64,000 nucleotides of DNA from Eledone cirrhosa (Eukaryota), in assembly GCA_964016885.1 (NCBI GenBank), contig OZ024743.1, positions 367,040,001 through 367,104,000 of the forward strand, given 5' to 3'. How positions within the stretch are numbered: position 1 is the stretch's first letter; each line of letters starts with the position of its first letter. A program made the position numbers and the translations under genes. Under the pieces are notes generated by a model, which was given only the letters and a program-made list of their open reading frames with translations, ran no database searches and was not told where the DNA came from. Shown here piece by piece: positions 1-13,489 of the stretch.

Positions 1-59
1 ATTTTTTATCAATAAAAGTTCATTGGATTGAAAATATTTTGAGGTGTTGAAATTAAATG

Positions 60-1050
60 AAGATATATCATTGATATGTAATTATAACCATCGATGTCTT
101 TTCTATATTGATATGGGTTGAATGAGATTTGTACCATGCTGTCTGTAAAGCTCTTTTATGTTTCCTAATTACTTGTTTGAATATTTCCTTGGTCTACCTC
201 TGTCACAGATATATTCTATCTGCTACTTGTAACATAATATATATCATTTCTGCACAGATTATCTAACAGTTGCTTTCTAAGCTCGCTTGTGATGAACCTT
301 CCTCATAGATCAACATTGCATTTTCAATGGAAGTATTGTTATGATTCTTTTATTCAAAAAATATAAAGTAGTGCATTGATACAGTGGATATAGAGAAAGA
401 AAGCTGCAGGAGAGATAACTGTGCCTTAGGATACTCTTGAGTTCATAGAATTGAGATAAACTCCATCACATAGTGTATTATAGAGGTTTGACAAGAACTT
501 TTTTATCTTGGTAATTAGTGAAGTAGGTGGTGAATTGGCAGTCATTAGAACATTAAATAGAAAGTCCTGTGAAATTTGTTTTTCCTCAGCTCTCAGATCC
601 TAACTTTCTCTAAGGTTGACAAAGTACCAGCTAAGAAGAGGGGTTACTTCTCTCTCTCTCTACATTATACTGTGCAAAGGGTTGAGAGGGATTACTTATA
701 GTGTCTATTTTCCAGAAATGGAGAAGGGCTGAATGAGGAGATAGCAAACTCTCTTCAAAGAAAAGCTGATATACTACTCAAACTGTCCAAGTATTGACCA
801 ATTTGCTATACAGCAGGGAATGGAAATAAAGAATTTGTGAAGTGGGAAGTTAACAGGCAGATTTTTGCCAGGTTCTCATATAAGATAAGATTCAAAATTT
901 TACTGATGGGAATGTTAAGAAGTTTACTTGAGTTAAAGTTGTTAAGGGTAAAAGATCATTGACTGGAAGATGGTCTGAAGATCTGACTCTCTGAAATGAT
1001 GATGGTTGATGCTGCAGGATCAAAGAAGTACCTACTTTTCTTTAGAAAAT
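60..1050 (-). mobile_element. Highly decayed CR1/L2-like LINE RT remnant
   Basis: Minus strand near 400-450 reads RVS*GTVISPAAFFLYI, resembling RT motif GVPQGTVLSPLLFLLYI; many stops; interrupted by a decayed SINE at ~526-660. Confidence 0.35.
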
Positions 1051-1212
1051 GTCATGTTTTCTATTTTTATTTTAGGGATGAATAACCTTAATCATCTGTG
1101 TATGAAAATCTCATAAGAGGACCATGTAAAGAGCAATAGATGACCTACATGTAATAGCTCTCATCTGTCTTAACTACAGTAATTATTCTGCTCCTTTGCT
1201 GAAAATCATATA

Positions 1213-1434
1213 TCTCTAGCATTTACATTACTCTATATTTACTATTATATTTTCATAGTAGAGGCTTTACCTCACATCATTATCTCACATAATATCGAGT
1301 CTACGAGATTTTGATATTACTTATTTTGAGAACAATACCTTAACATCAATATCAGCGGCCAGATACAGCTGGTTTGAACAGAAAGAGGTGAGAGAATTTT
1401 GGCTGAATACGGCTGGTTTAAATGCTAAACGGTT
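1213..1434. mobile_element. TTAA-type (piggyBac-like) MITE, decayed copy
   Basis: Reverse-orientation homologue of 34987-35202; ends TAGCATTT...AAATGCTAAACGGTTA. Confidence 0.6.
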
Positions 1435-1867
1435 ATTTTTGTTCAATTGTTGTCATCAGTACTCTTCAATCACCACACCCACTATCTATTCTGCACATAA
1501 CAAATCCCACTTTATATAAATATTCCTACCTGTACATTCACTTGTTTCTGAAGATAACACATGAAACTAAAGAAAGAAAATTGAAATCGTTTTATTTAAA
1601 CAATTTTTTGTGATTTTTGTTAACTGTTTAGAACAAGTTATTCCCCTTTGATTAAAAGCTATTAAATGTTTCTTCATTATTTTTTTTTTGTTCTCGCAGT
1701 TTTAGTAGAAATTTTATCTGAAATTAGTTGTTGAAACTTTGATAGTTGTATGGTACTGTCATTATGTTGGCCTGTATTGTTATCATATTGATTTCATACT
1801 GCCAATATGCTGTTATATTCAGTTCAGTGCAGTAGCAGATACAATAGTATATTAAACTAAATTCTCT

Positions 1868-3047
1868 ATCATCATCATCATCATCATCGTTTAACGTCCA
1901 TATTCCACGCTTGCATGGGTTTGGACGGGAGTTTTCCCACTTGAGGCAAGAGTGGTTGTTTTGCTCGCATAGGACTGTCTGGCTGGTTTTCTACGGCTGG
2001 ATGCCCTTCCTAACACCAACCACGTTTACAGTGTAGAACTGGGAGGTTTTTACCATGTTGCCTACATGGCCACATTACAGCGTGGACTGTGTGTTTTTTT
2101 GTCGTGACACCTACACGACCTCATTTGTTTCGGGCTGGATGTTGTGGTACCAACATAACTTTACATTGAAAGGGGTGGTGTGGATGGGGTGTGGGTAGTG
2201 GGACGGGGGGTGTATTTTGTTAGAGGTGCCTACTGACTGTAGGTTTCACTTTGTACTTAGGTAAGGCGGGTCTTCTCTATTACTGTGTAGCACCAAAGCT
2301 CTCGGTCCAGTGACATTGTCATGGAGAGGTGTAAGTGTGTAAGGTCGGAATTTATCCAGTCGTCCCAAGTTTTTCTGGGTCTGCCTACTCCGTGGCTACC
2401 GTCTATTTTTATTGCCCTGCACTTTTTTATACAGCTGTCGTCTTTCATGCACATCACGTGACCATACCAACATAGTCTTCTCTCGAGTAAACAACATCTG
2501 ATCCCTCTTATTTCTAATTTCTCCCTTAGTTCGTTTATGCTTTGCCGTTCACATATATTACTATAACACATCCAGCGGAGCATGCATGCTTCGTTTCTCT
2601 CCAGTCTGCGTATATCCTCTGCACACAATGCCCAGGTCTCACTGCTATGTAACATTGCTGTTCGTATGCAGGCATCATACAGCCTGCCTTTCATTTTTAG
2701 AGAGAACCCTTTAGCGGCCAATAGTGGTCTAAGCTCTCTGAACTTTTTCCATCCAGTTCTGACACTAGCTACTGTACTTTCAGAGCACCCTCCCCCACTG
2801 CTGATTTTATCACCCAGGTAACGGAAGCTGTCCACTATTTCTATAGAACCATCTGTGCAATGGAATGAGTTAGTATTCTGTGGGCACTTGCTGCTACTTA
2901 TTGCACCAGAGCACCGGCCGCATAAAATCTATATTCTTAGTTAGCTTACCTGTGATCCCACTACATCTTTTATGTACCCATACTTTGCATTTGGGACATA
3001 AAATGGAGTTTCTACCTACTCCTTTCCTACACACTGAGCATGGCCAT
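1868..3047 (-). mobile_element. RTE LINE, 5'-truncated (ORF 2257-2835, 3' UTR, (GAT)n tail)
   Basis: FRYLG, LHSSETW and GRPRKTW motifs; very similar to 49379-50590; (ATC)n at 1868-1888. Confidence 0.92.
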
Positions 3048-3227
3048 CTATGTTCATAGATTTTGTCTTTTAACTCTCTAGTGTCGGTAATTTAAATATC
3101 ACTAGATTGATGTAGGTGATTAAATTGACACACTCCTTTCCCTAAATCGCCAGCCACTTACAACAAGGAGCAATTGCTTTGCACTATATAACAATACAAA
3201 ACAAAAGTAGATAGAAAACACTAGGCT

Positions 3228-3476
3228 TTAACAGATCCATGCTATATACATTTTTCTCAATAAAAGAATATATATTCTATTGTATTTTTTGTGGTAAAGG
3301 CTTTCTTTATCTTACATAATTATCTCACACAATATCGAATCTACGAGATTTTGATGTTATTTCTTTTGAGAACAGTACTTTCATGTCAATATGAGCAGCC
3401 AGTTACAGTCAGTTTGAATAGAAAGAGGTGAGAGAATTCTGGCTGGATATGGCTCGTTTAAATGCTATAGGGTTAA
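3228..3476. mobile_element. TTAA-type MITE copy
   Basis: Same body as 1213-1434; ends AAATGCTATAGGGTTAA. Confidence 0.6.
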
Positions 3477-3539
3477 TAACAGAAGCAATATTCATACATA
3501 AGGCTAAAAACAAAGCAAGAGGTTTGCTAATATTCTGTG

Positions 3540-5240
3540 CTGAGAGTATCAGAGGCATGAAGTGTTCCAGATTTCAAGACGATTTATCAATGTGAATCTA
3601 GATGTTGCTGGGGAAAAGTGTGTTCAGAACTGGTGTCCTTAACCTCACTGTAGACCCAACCGAGGGCCCAGCTATCTAAGATAATAGTTATATAGTGAAA
3701 GAAGCCTTCAGCAATATGAAAAAGAGGAAAGTTGTCAATTCATCAGGGATAGTGACTGAGATACTAAACATATCTGGTGAATAGGGCTTGAGTTGCGTGG
3801 TCAACCAGGTAATACATAACTATATGATCATTAATTGTTTCAAGGGAAAAAGAGATGCTTTAAAAAGAAGCAATTATAGACGGATCAAATTGATGAATCA
3901 AGTCATGAAAGTTTCAGAAAGAGTATTAGTGTGACTGTTTAGGCAAAAAATTGGGTTATATGAGATGCTGTTTGGATTTGTAACAGGACGGAGTACCACT
4001 GATATCCTCTTCTTAATGAGACAACTACAAAAGGTGTTCTTAGCTAAGAATAGGTGACTATATTTAGCTTTTGTTCATCTGGAGAAAGCCTTTGACAGAG
4101 TAATACATATTTAAATATGATGGGCTTTAAGAAAGCAAAGTATAAAAGAATAGCTTGTTAGAGCAGTGGCAAGCCATGTACAGAAACATAGCAAAGTGAG
4201 AGAAAGTAATAAGATTAGTGAGAAATTCACTCTCTATCAAGGCTCAGTCTTCAACCTACTTTTGTTTATTATAGTTCTTCAGGCCTTAACAGTTGAGTTT
4301 AAGACCAACTGTTTGTGGAAAGCTCTATATGCTGATGACCTCACACTTATAGATGAATCTGTGGACAATTTAGAGAAGAAATTCCAGACGTGAAAACTAA
4401 GTCTAGAATTGAAAGGCCTCAGAGTAAACTTAGCAAAGACTAAAGAAAAGATAGGACACTGCAGAGAAATGGCCATGTTTGATAGGCAGAAAAAGAGTTG
4501 GGAGAAACTCCATACAGTGTACCCAGTGTAAACTATAAGTGCACAAGAAATACCTCAGGCAGGTTAACAGACAAAAGAAATTTTGTATGTGGCAGATGTA
4601 CAAGTGTAGTTAGCAGTAACATTGAAATATATTGTGTCTAATCCAAGGAAAGCTCCCAGAAGTAGTTGATAGCTTTTGTTACCTATGTGACTTAATTAGC
4701 AGTATAGGAAGGTGCTTTGAAAGCATAGTTGGTTGAGTAGGAATAGGGTGGGAAAAGTTCAGAGAGCTACTATCTCTGTTGAGTGAATATTAGAACTTAT
4801 GATGCCTGTATATAAAGTGCAATGTAGCATGGTAGTGAGATATGGTCTTTAAAGACAGGATATGTGAGGGTTAGAAAGAAATGAATTGATCATGCCCCCA
4901 TTGGATGTGTAACGTTACTGTACATAAACAATGAAGCACAGACGAATTGAGAAAAAAATTTGGTATAAGGGGAATCAGATATTGTGTGCAGGAGACAAGA
5001 TTATGGTGGTGAAGACATGTAATGTGTATTGATGATGGTAGTTGAGCGTATACATGCCAGGTGTTCCAATTTGAAGGGAGATATAGTAGTGGAATGTTGA
5101 AGAAGACATGGCCAGAAGTAGTAAAGCTGAATTCAGGATGTTAAACTTCATAAAGAAAGAGAGAAGTGGAAGGATGCTAGTGGAGAGAACTCATGCAAGT
5201 ATGGTAAAATGGATGGAAAATGCTGCTGATGGTAGTGATG
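3540..5240 (+). mobile_element. Old decayed RTE LINE
   Basis: LEKAFDRV, QGSV and LYADDL motifs in broken frames (ORF 4166-4393). Confidence 0.85.
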
Positions 5241-5589
5241 GTATTAGTATGTTGTTGCTGTTGTCAACTTGTTTTTTAAAGTAATCCTTAAGCAGATTCA
5301 GCATGACACTGTATGACTAAGCTACCAACCCCACAGGTGCAGTCAATCCATCAGGCTTTTGTACAGTTTCTGACTACATAATTTCCTTCATAATCTTCTT
5401 GACTGAAGGCTATGAAAGATATTTTTCCCCATGCTATTGCACAGAGAGATTAAACTAAAAATGTTATAATTGCAAAGAAAACTTCTTAACCACATAGCCA
5501 TGCACCCATAATATATATGATAGCAAACAAGAACAAAAACAACAACAACATAATAATAGAGAAATGAAGCAAGCACACTTTGATGGATA

Positions 5590-5882
5590 TGCACTGTTAA
5601 TGTGTGTCAATGATGAGGCATAGATGAACTGAGAGAAGACTGGGAAAAAGAGGAATCAGAAGAAGTGTGCAAGAAAGAAGCTTGTGCTGGTATGGATGAT
5701 GATCATTGGGTGAAGATGTGCCAAGAAGCCCCAGTGGAGGTGGTGAGAGCTGATGTCAAATGGCTGAGGCTCATAAAGAAGATGACAAAAGAATGCAACA
5801 AGTGGAGGGATGCTGTGTTGAAAAGACCCATTAAACCCATGCAAACAAGGAAAAGTGGATATAAAATTAAGATGATGAAATG
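5590..5882 (+). mobile_element. RTE LINE 3' fragment
   Basis: Resembles the 3' end of 26620-27861 (DDHWVKMCQE...WRDAVL) with a GAT tail. Confidence 0.65.
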
Positions 5883-6355
5883 AATTGTTTTTAAGATAGG
5901 GACAAGGTCAAACATTTTTTGGGGCAGGAGATTAATTACACTGATCCCAGTACTTTATTTGCTTAACAATGGAAAGATGAAAGGCAAAGTTGAACTCAGA
6001 ATATAAAGAGCCAGAAGAAATACTGCAAAGCTATTTGACTGATACTCTAACAATTCTGCCAGGATTAACATCACATTCTACCATAATACAGTTAGTTACT
6101 TATGTTTACAAACTTTGGTTTATAGTTCAAATATTTGATATTTAAAAATCTTATTTTTGAAGGTGGCTGGTATGACACATGTTTAAAGATTAACTTTGAT
6201 AATATATATCATCATCATTACATCCACTTTTCCATGTTGGCATTTGTTTTGTGGCAGGTTTTCTACAGCCAAACGCCCTTCATAATACCAACCCATACTT
6301 TATCATCATCGTTGTCGTCGTTATGAATATATTTTTGTCATCTCTATGATCTTTG

Positions 6356-6388
<33 letters not shown>

Positions 6389-6389
6389 A

Positions 6390-8001
6390 TAATGCTTTCT
6401 TTATTAACCACTATTGGCCACAAGGGCTGACATCAAGAAAAACATTACAGACGGCACAGGACGGTACGATGTGGGTTTTGTTCGTGTAAAGATTTTTATT
6501 ATTTATATAAGAAAAGAAAAAGAAAAAGACATAGAAACATATATATAAACAATAAAAATGAAAATTGAAACAATGAAAAATTCCCCAATAGGGGGGAAAA
6601 CCCGAGGGTTACTCGTGGCGAAAACCACACAAAAGACCACGGCCACCCTGACCACCAGGGCAAGCGCCCTCTCTCAATTTTTCCATTTCTTAAACTACAG
6701 ACGTATATTCAGAGCGGCCCCGTTCACTCGGACCATTCTCGCTACATTCACCCACCTTTCAACAAACTTGCTAGAAGGCAGCACTTGCTTCTCCACCCTG
6801 ATTTTCCTCTTCAAGTGAAACTTGAAAAAGTTAATTAGGGATTCCCCGAAGAGGAAAGTATCTGTCTTTAACCCTTTCAACCTTGTCCACCACACAATCT
6901 CTTTCACCATGGCCACCAGGCAGATGAAAACCGCCTGCCCTTCCTCCTCAAAGGAAGACGGTGAGACCATCTGGAAGCACCAGAGATGTCGCAGCCTCAA
7001 CGCATGTTTGCGCATAATCAGCCATGGCATGCCCAGTCATCCACACAATGAGTGTTGACATTTTGGTGAGAGTTGGGCCGGGGCAAGGGATGATGGTGAG
7101 GCGGTAGCAGATGACGGATGTGATGTATGCATTCGCCACCTCTGCCCGGCCTTTCAGGGACAGCTTCCTCTCGGCCCATTTCTGGTGAGGGAGGCCACCC
7201 TGCTCGTCACCTTGCTCCAGTTTTTCTCCATCTGGAGGTCCGGTCCAAACCAGACCCAGAGCAATTTAACTGGTCCGTCTGTCCAATGCCTCACGACGCT
7301 GTTGGACGGCATGGACTTGCCTCTCCAGGTGCCTAGCTGCAAGCCCACCAACTTTTCCTGGTTTATCTTTGCTCCTGTCACCGCTTCGTATTCCTTGAGA
7401 GCGGTGCCGAACATCTGGACGTGTCTGGTGCTCGACACCACCACGGTGACGTCGGCGTAAGCCGACTCAGATTTCCCGCATCCTAGTTCGCGTGGGACGC
7501 CCCTCATCACCCCCAGTTTGTGCAGTAACGGCTCGAGAGCCAATACGTACAAGAGGGACGAGAGGCGACAACCCTGGCGGACTGAGCGCATGATGCTGAA
7601 TGGCTGCGACAGGTGTCTGTTCACCCGCACAACTGAGCAGATGTCGCTGTACATCACAGCGATCCAACTCCTGAAAACGGGCCCGAAACCGGTTGCCTCG
7701 AGGACCGCCGCCAGGTACCGATGGTCGACCCTATCGAATGCTTTGGATTGATCCAAGTTGATCAGGGCCCCACTTGTACCAGGTTCCTTAACCACCCTCT
7801 CTACGATGTATCGCATGAGGTGGAGGTTGTCGTGTATGGATCTGTCCGGACGGGTGTATGTTTGCGCCTCTCCCATGAGATCCCCGACGACAAGTGCCAA
7901 CCTTGTTGCTAACACCTTGGCCAAAATTTTGAACTCTGTGTTTAGCAGGGTTATGGGCCTGAAGTTATCGATAACATCCCCTTGTTCGGGTCTTTTTTCA
8001 G
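6390..8001 (-). mobile_element. Tx1/L1-clade LINE, 5'-truncated, frameshifted ORF2
   Basis: NFRPITLLNTEFKILAK, DQSKAFDRV, RQGCRLS and AYAD in ORF 7154-8098; C-terminal part in 6695-7030; GC-rich; flanked by TAT/TAA microsatellites. Confidence 0.85.
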
Positions 8002-8045
8002 CATAATAATAATAATAATAATAATAATAATTATTATTATTATTA

Positions 8046-8266
8046 GGGCGGTGGATTGGCAGAATTGGTAGAGTGCCGGAGAACATGCTTTGCAGCATAG
8101 AGTTACTGCCCTTTGCCTTCTGAGTTCAAATCCTGCTGAGGTTCGCTTTGCCTTTCATCCTTACGGGATTGATAAAATAAAGTACCAGTAATGCACTGGG
8201 GTCGATTTAATCGACATTCCCCTCCCTTGGCCTTGTGCCTAAAGTAGAAACAATTATTATTATTAT
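8046..8266 (+). mobile_element. tRNA-derived SINE, family A
   Basis: A-box TGGCAGAATTGG, B-box GTTCAAATCC, conserved body TTGCCTTTCATCCTT...GATAAAATAAAGTACCAG, (ATT)n tail; more than 15 related copies in the window. Confidence 0.85.
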
Positions 8267-8467
8267 ATCTTTTTTAAAAAGTATGATAGATTGGTTCTTA
8301 AACAGCTAAGCTGTTAGATGTGATGTATTGTTTTTGAGGGACATAAACAGGCATAACCTCTTGATTTTTTAGTGATGTTGATATAGAGATGCCAAACTCT
8401 GCCCCACAAAAATATCAACAAAAAAAACACACACACAAACACATTTGCATTCACATATATTCGTATA

Positions 8468-9595
8468 TCATCATCATTACCGTTCAACATCCATTTTTCC
8501 ATGCTAGCATGGGTTAGACAAGTTGTCCTGTTGTGAGACAAGCCAGATCAGATGCTGCATCTTGCTCATCATTACCGTTCAACATCCATTTTTCCATGCT
8601 AGCATGGGTTAGACAAGTTGTCCTCTTGTGAGACAAGCCAGATCAGATGCTGCATCTTGCTCATACAGAACTGATTTTGGCTTGGTTTCTATGGCTGGGT
8701 GCCCTTCCTAATTCCAACCACGTTTACAGAGTGGACTGGGTGCTTTTTGTTGTGGCACCAAAACAAACATTGCAGTGTGGACTGGGGGATGGGGATTGGA
8801 GAGGTAGATCTAGGGTGGGGCACTTATCTGGTGAAGGGTTGGTGTGTAGCGACATAGATGAAGGGTGGAGTGTTAGGATGTGGGAGGTGTATGGAAGGTA
8901 GGAGGAGGAAAGTAGAGGAAAGTGGTGCATACTCTAGTATGCTTCAACATGTGCACATGGGAAGATGGGTCTTCTGTATTACTGTATAACGCCAGAGATC
9001 TCAATCCTGTGTTATTGCCTTTGAGAGGTACAATTGTGCAAGGTCATCCCAAGACTTCCAAGTCCATAGCTTCCATCGACTTTGAGTGTTCTGCACTTTT
9101 TTATTCAGCTGTCATGCTTCATACACATCTACACCAATGCAATCTCCTCTCCTGTTCACTGCATCTGATCCCTCTTATGCCTAATTTCCTTCAGTTCATT
9201 TATGCTTTGCTGTTCATGTATATTACTGTTACATATCCATCAAAGTATGCCACTTAATTTCTTTCCAATTTTTGCAGGTCTTCTGCACACAGCGCCCAAG
9301 TCTCACTTCCATGTAACATTGCTGTTTGTATACATGCATCATACAATCTGCCCTTCATTTTGAGGGAAAAACCATTTGTAGTTAGTAGTAGATCCCTGAA
9401 CTTTCTCCATCCTGTTCTCACTCTGGCTACTGTACTTTCAGCACACTCACTCCCACTGCTAATTTGGTCACCCAAGTAACAGAAGCTGTCAACTGCTTGT
9501 ACAGAACCTTCCTAGAATTTGATAGCACTTGTTTCCTGTGAGCGTTTGTTTCTTACTGTTCCTGTGCAATGGCCACATGTAAAACCTGCGTTCTT
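8468..9595 (-). mobile_element. RTE LINE 3' part with a 95-bp tandem duplication of its 3' end (8471-8664)
   Basis: ORF 9254-9475 (LHGSETW); duplicated unit starts at 8471 and 8566. Confidence 0.88.
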
Positions 9596-9678
9596 ATATA
9601 ATTATGTATATTAGATTTTAAACGGTGATGATGACAATGATGCTGCATATATACATACATATACACACACATACACAC

Positions 9679-9742
<64 letters not shown>

Positions 9743-10163
9743 GGTTTCTTTACAATTGATCAAATTCATTCACAAGATATAGTAAAAGATACTTGCCCAA
9801 AGTTTCACACGGTGAGATCGAACCCCAAACCACATGAGTCTCTTAGCCACACAATCATGCTGATTCAAAGTTTTCATTACATAAAAGGTATGTAATGCTT
9901 AGTACATTTATCAGATATTAAACTAAGTAATAAACAATGCAAATGCCTCCTAAAGCCCTGAGAACTTTAAGACAAGTGTTTGCTATAGTTTTGTAGTGTG
10001 AAAGTGGATAAGAAATAATCTTTCTGGATAAGACATCATTTTATTGTAGATAAAATTTTCAACATATTCTCAACATTTAGATGAACTGAAGTAATATAGA
10101 ATATATATGTTCTATTTATATAAATATGATAGAAATTCAGAAATGTGTTTGAACTTATGTCTA

Positions 10164-10348
10164 AAGTTGGATTAACCATTAAGCAAAATAAGCACATGTT
10201 TAAGGCATGAAGGAAAGAGGGGTACCATTTTATTCAAAGTATATATATTTGTCATTCCAAAATAATTTTTTTGAAGACTTTATAGGGGGTAGGGAGTACC
10301 ATACACTTTTAAGTGCTTAGAACCTGAAAAGAACTTAATCTGGCCTTG
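10164..10348. mobile_element. Decayed hAT-like MITE
   Basis: Imperfect TIRs AAGTTGGATTAA...TTAATCTGGCCTT. Confidence 0.35.
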
Positions 10349-10557
10349 CTTATGACCTATGACCTCTCTACTAGTGCATCTACTCTCTGGTGATTGATAG
10401 AGTCCTGATACTTGGCTGGAACAGAATTACTAAAATGACCAACAAGCAGGACAAAGAAGATAGCATCTAATGGAATTTAGCTTGTTACAATATCCGATCT
10501 CCTAGTATGCATATATTATTATCTGTTGTTCATTTACGTTTTGGAATCTAATTGTAT

Positions 10558-10937
10558 TGTAGCGAAGCGACACCTGTCGTGTGCTGGGAGACAGCTATGC
10601 AGAGTTACTTGCACATAGCTCTGACGTCATCAAAAATAATTCACTCTCCGGCGGCGACTTGCGAAGAGACAACATGCATAATTTTGGAGCTGACTTCTGC
10701 TTATGAAGAGATGACTCCTGCCTTCTCTCTCTTTTCTTTATACACTCCAGTCTTGGAGTCGAGACCAACTCACCAACTACACCATCACAACACGTGGTAA
10801 AATATTTCTATTGTGTTATTATTGACTCCTGTGATAAAACTTTGTACAAACACGCACCAGCCATTCTTATTCTTTTTAATATTATTGCAAGTAATATATA
10901 CACCAATACCAGTCATCTAAAGTGGTTGACCCCGATT
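10558..10937 (+). mobile_element. Probable LTR plus tRNA-Trp-like primer binding site
   Basis: Begins TGTAG, ends CTAA (decayed CTACA) and is followed by TGGTTGACCCCGA, close to the tRNA-Trp PBS TGGTGACCCCGAC. Confidence 0.5.
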
Positions 10938-10950
10938 ATAGATTACACAG

Positions 10951-11016
10951 CCTTCTAAAAACTTCTAAAAACTTCTAGAAACTTCTAGAAACTTCAAAAA
11001 CTTCTAGAGACTTCTG
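10951..11016. repeat. 10-bp tandem repeat (ACTTCTAGAA) x ~6
   Basis: Visible directly. Confidence 0.9.
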
Positions 11017-11309
11017 CTATATGGGTAACCCCATTGAATTATTTAACATTCTTGAGCACCGTTTCCTTGCCCTTTAGAACACTCAAACATTATTTTTTTA
11101 AACGCAACCTTCGAACATTATACATTTCTAAATTGCAACCTTCTGATACAGCATTCAACTCTATGAAGCCTTCAAAGCAAATGTATTATTTCTTTCTTTT
11201 AACAAGTATTTACCCAAGAGAAACATACAACATATAAAATTAGAATAGATTAGAATCTAAAGTATAATAACCAGTAGGTCTAAATGATGTAGAATCCTAT
11301 AACACTCAG

Positions 11310-11502
11310 GTTGTAAGGTTGGCAGTATCGGTAGAGGGTCGGACGTCATGCTTTCCAGCATAGTTACGTCCCTTTACGATCTGAGTTCAAATCCCGCCGA
11401 GGTTGACTTTGCCTTTCATCCTTACGGGGTCGATAAAATAAAGTACCAGTAATGCACTGGGTAATTACTGGCCTTGTGCCTAAAGTAGAAACAGTTATTA
11501 TT
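11310..11502 (+). mobile_element. SINE family A
   Basis: A/B boxes and body as at 8046. Confidence 0.85.
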
Positions 11503-11911
11503 GAAGTTACTGTTTTTCATGTGATCTATCTTGCTTTTCTTTGCCAGTAAAGTTTCCTTTTGATAAAGTTGTCAGCCTTTTTTTCTTTTTATTGGAACAC
11601 TACTGCAGATTAATATCTATTTTAATTTTTGTTAGAATGTCCATACATACACTCACTCAGCAGGAACATTTGAACTCAGCACTGCAAGCTAATGAAACAT
11701 TTGTTAAATTTACCACTTCAATGTTGCTTTCTGCAGTGAACACTTTGTCCTAGCAACTTGTTAGATTGGGCTGTTGAGAATGAAATGTTCAGTTCATAGG
11801 TAAAGCAGCACAGATAACAAATTCCTGTAGCAGTTTGTCCAACAAACAGCCTGTCAACCCAGGCATTGCATTAACTTGCACTAACTTTTATAAAAATTCT
11901 TCAAAACAGAC

Positions 11912-12612
11912 TTTAACTCTTTTGATATGAACCCACCCAAATTTACCTTCAGTTCTAAGAAACAGAACCTCACATTTTAAAGGATCCCTAGTTAAATTAA
12001 AATCTTTCAATATAACTTAATATAATAATCTTTTGTTAAATTATGTTAAAAATGCTATCATAATAACAAAATAATTAATGATTTTAGTAAATTCTTTTGA
12101 ATGCTTCATTAATTAATTCAAATACAGCGTATTTCACGAGAAATATGATAAGGAAAAGTCTAAACAAAACATTTGGCCTTTAAAAGCTGGATTTTAGACT
12201 GGTTTAGTTATTTTTAGTTAAATTTTGTATAGTGCCTTTATGTATGTTAGAATAGCCATCAAATTCTCACTCAACAGGAACATTTGAACCCTGCACTATA
12301 TGTGTAGAAGTAGACATTGAAATCATAAAACTACAAGTGATGTCTCCCCCCATTCAATTTTTTTTTGTTATATTTCTAATGAAATACACTATAAAGTGTT
12401 TTAATACTTTTTGAGAACAAAAAAAAAAAATTGGTGGGATTTAGTAACATAACTAACTTTTCATTATTATTTTGAAGTTTGAAGCACAAGAAAATGTTCT
12501 TAAATAGAATTATGATGGAAGGTTTTGATATAAGCATGAACACTTTAAAATGGGCAGTGCTGTATTATAAAATCATGAGCAGTTTTCAGCAGGTTTGTAT
12601 CAAAAGGATTAA
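11912..12612. mobile_element. Second TTAA-type MITE, decayed
   Basis: TTAACTCTTTTGATA...TATCAAAAGGATTAA imperfect TIRs with TTAA at both ends. Confidence 0.4.
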
Positions 12613-13489
12613 ATAGCTGATTTTCTTGCCTTTGCTTTCTTCCTATATACTGAGTATTACCAGCCCATTATTATGGTGGAGAAATCAGTAATTGACAGAG
12701 TTAACCTATTGAGTAATCTACCTTCAAATGCAGTATATTATGTGGCCTCATTTTAATCTCATTAGCTGGTTAATTAGAACTGTCAAATGATGTTACTTCA
12801 CACAGTAAGTCTCATGCTAATTTACATTGATAGTATCATACTAATTGTGTGTCAGAGACGACTTGTCTTATCAGACAAGGAAAATTGATTCTAAAATGAT
12901 GATAATGATAACTTTGATGCTGGCATGACTTCCAATTATCAGTAGGCAATATAAACAGTCAGTTTATTAAAGATGCTTTAGTAGACTGATCAAGGACTGT
13001 AGACAACAATGTTGATAGGGTATAGAACAATTTGGCAAAGAATTGCTCATTTTGTAACCTCTGTTGTCATTTTCTTACCGTTTTATGGCCCAATTTGTTA
13101 CTGCTTCATTGATGGCAATCAATTGTCATTAGATAGTCTCTAAAGAAATTTGGAATTTGTATTTGGGCTTGTGTCCATAAACTCCATCATCATTATCATC
13201 CTTATCATATTCATTTACGTCTGTTTTCTATTCTGGCATGAACTGGACAGGTTGTTATAGTTTGAGTCAGTTTTGTCAGAGGACCATATCTTGCTCATAT
13301 ATTCCAGACTCAGTTATTGAAAAATAATTTAAATAGATATTGCCTGCATAATTCTTTGAATTGTACAAAATAAACAATATCAGTTTGATACTAAATGGTT
13401 ATCTTAGATAAATAAAGATTTACCTCCTCACAGATGACCAAGAAGATCAAAGGAAAAAGTTGAGACTGACAAGAATATTTCACAAAAGC

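Noticed and set aside
7154-8098. ORF start at 8098 with poly-N/poly-Y N-terminus
   Set aside because: The first ~33 codons read through a SINE head and a microsatellite; the LINE is 5'-truncated at ~8001.
8046-8135. tRNA genes at the SINE heads (also 27879-27950)
   Set aside because: They continue into SINE bodies and tails, are multicopy and diverged, and give no clean cloverleaf.
10951-11016. Regular short repeats (and the 44233-44966 repeats) as a CRISPR array
   Set aside because: No unique spacers of uniform length, no cas genes, and a eukaryotic context.
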